A stretch of DNA of 63,179 bases, filler included. It is 5 parts of 5 records of this genome, joined end to end, with 100 filler letters (N's around TTAATTAATTAA, not from the genome) between each part and the next. Parts side by side here need not be neighbours in the genome. Positions count along the whole stretch, not along the records: positions 49,354 to 63,179 come from SRR31147125_913; 4 more parts are not named here. One strand, written 5' to 3'. Shown piece by piece: positions 61,792 to 63,179 of this stretch; position 1 is the first letter of the stretch, and each line of letters begins with the position of its first letter. Below the pieces are notes generated by a model, which worked only from the letters and a program-made list of their open reading frames with translations, was not told where the DNA came from and ran no database searches. The position numbers were made by a program, and so were the translations under genes.

Positions 61792-63126
61792 ATGAAAAGA
61801 ATACTTAGTATACTATTAGTATTAGTAGCTGGCGTTGTATTGGTATCTTGTGATAAAGATGGTGAAGTTGAAGTTGGCGGCGTTGTGATTGACTTTTCTC
61901 AGTCACTAGTTCAAAAAACTGAAATTACTGTTTGGATTGATGATGAAGATGGCGAATATATGGAAGCAATCATTGATGCGTTCAATGAAGAATATCCTAA
62001 TATCGTTGTTAATCACACACACATGGGATCAGTTGATGCTCGTGAAAGATTAAAAACTTTTGGTCCATCTGGTAATGGTGCGGATGTATTCCAATTCCCA
62101 CATGACCACTTAGCAGCTGCATATTCAGAAGGTTTATTATATGCACTACCTAGTGATACACAAGCATTAATTGCGGAAAGAGCACATCCAATGGGTGTTG
62201 AAATTGCAACAATTAATGAAGATGGTACAGATAAATTATATGGTGTTCCAATGTCATTAGAAGCATTAACACTATACTATAATAAAGCATTAGTAACTGA
62301 AGTTCCTGATACTTTAGAAGAAATCTTAACAGAAGGTGCAACATGGAATGCTGCAACAGTTGCAAGCACTCATGAAGGATCAACAGATGAAAGAACAAAT
62401 GCTGAAGCTGGTTATTATTATTTAACAACTTCTTCACATTGGTCAGATTCATATTTTGATCAATTTATCTTCTCTGCATTTGGATTTAGACCATTTGGTG
62501 CAAATGGTGATGATCCATCAGCAGTAGGATTTAACTCACAAGCAATGATTGATGCATTAACGTTTATGCATGATGATCTAAAACCAGTCGTAACTGGTGG
62601 TAATGATAATAGAGAAGGACAAGGTTCAAGTTTTGAACAAGGAAACATCCCTTATATCGTAACAGGTCCTTGGAGTAATGAAGCATACACAGAAGCATTA
62701 GGTGATGATTTAGGTATTTCAACACTTCCTTCAGTTAATGGTGTTGCAGGTGCTCCATTTGCAGGTGCTATTATGGCTGCTGTTTATAAATATGCAGAAA
62801 ATCCTAGTGATGCTATTAAATTTGTTGAATTCTTAAATTCAGATATCGCAATGGAAATTCAATATGAATATAAGACAAAACTTCCAGCACTTAAAACTGA
62901 ATTATTAGATGGTATTGAAGGTGTTAGTGATGATGAATTCTTATTAACAACTGCAGAACAAATTAATGATGCTGTACCAATGCCAACAATTGCAGAAGTA
63001 CAATATTATTGGGGTCCAGCAGAAACAATGATTGACAATATTTGGATTAGTAATCTTGATATTGCACAAGCTGTTATTGATGCTGAAGATTCATATCAAG
63101 CATTAAAAACATTAGGCAATAGCTAA
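61792..63126 (+). CDS. Maltose/maltodextrin ABC substrate-binding lipoprotein
   Basis: Lipobox LVSC; GPSGNGADVF.FPHD, LYYNK, TGPW, PMPTI.E...YW. Confidence 0.88.
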   Translation: MKRILSILLVLVAGVVLVSCDKDGEVEVGGVVIDFSQSLVQKTEITVWIDDEDGEYMEAIIDAFNEEYPNIVVNHTHMGSVDARERLKTFGPSGNGADVFQFPHDHLAAAYSEGLLYALPSDTQALIAERAHPMGVEIATINEDGTDKLYGVPMSLEALTLYYNKALVTEVPDTLEEILTEGATWNAATVASTHEGSTDERTNAEAGYYYLTTSSHWSDSYFDQFIFSAFGFRPFGANGDDPSAVGFNSQAMIDALTFMHDDLKPVVTGGNDNREGQGSSFEQGNIPYIVTGPWSNEAYTEALGDDLGISTLPSVNGVAGAPFAGAIMAAVYKYAENPSDAIKFVEFLNSDIAMEIQYEYKTKLPALKTELLDGIEGVSDDEFLLTTAEQINDAVPMPTIAEVQYYWGPAETMIDNIWISNLDIAQAVIDAEDSYQALKTLGNS

Positions 63127-63150
63127 TTTTAAACAAAATGGATATTTGAA

Positions 63151-63172
63151 GGTGGCAACACTCGTTGCCACC
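63151..63172 (+). terminator. Stem-loop after the SBP gene
   Basis: GGTGGCAAC..GTTGCCACC. Confidence 0.6.
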
Positions 63173-63179
63173 CTCATTT

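Noticed and set aside
49354-63179. Alternative genetic code (UGA=Trp) in the Mollicutes-like contig
   Set aside because: ORFs are intact under code 11, Trp is encoded by TGG, and TGA serves as a stop at 61786
1-63179. Numerous short antisense ORFs in the track; tRNA/rRNA genes
   Set aside because: The antisense ORFs are shadows of well-supported genes; no tRNA cloverleaf or rRNA signature was recognised by eye

Overview
This window is not one locus. It is five contigs joined by 100-nt artificial linkers (N-run/TTAATTAATTAA/N-run at 20284-20383, 31114-31213, 40906-41005, 49254-49353). (1) 1-20283 is an AT-rich temperate phage. It has packaging-start genes, PcfJ/PcfK, replication genes, many small accessory ORFs, a short tyrosine recombinase, a Cro/CI switch and a large serine integrase with an att-like site, followed by a RelE/HigA/SecB toxin-antitoxin-chaperone module and an IS1182 fragment. 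(2) 20384-31113 is a second, GC-richer HK97-like prophage head/packaging region with metK, a ParB-methyltransferase and a lipoprotein moron. (3) 31214-40905 holds an oxidoreductase and a type VI secretion cluster (tssA, B, C, two hcp, tagJ, tssE, tssF). (4) 41006-49253 holds a peptide-type ABC transporter, a TIGR04076-like protein and an aldo/keto reductase. (5) 49354-63179 is an Acholeplasmatales-like (inferred) region with arcA, msrB and a starch/maltodextrin locus. Many genes are split by single frameshifts, often at homopolymers, which are most likely sequencing errors. The most interesting unexplained signals are in phage 1. A 13-14 bp motif (CCAGAGCAAAGGA) occurs 7 times plus one partial copy, always co-directional with transcription and mostly just upstream of ribosome binding sites. 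A promoter-preceded long-stem RNA (1436-1548, minus strand) has a loop largely antisense to that motif, suggesting a multi-target phage sRNA switch. Two ~140-bp three-subsite res/dif-like elements with different spacers flank a gene block near the tyrosine recombinase.
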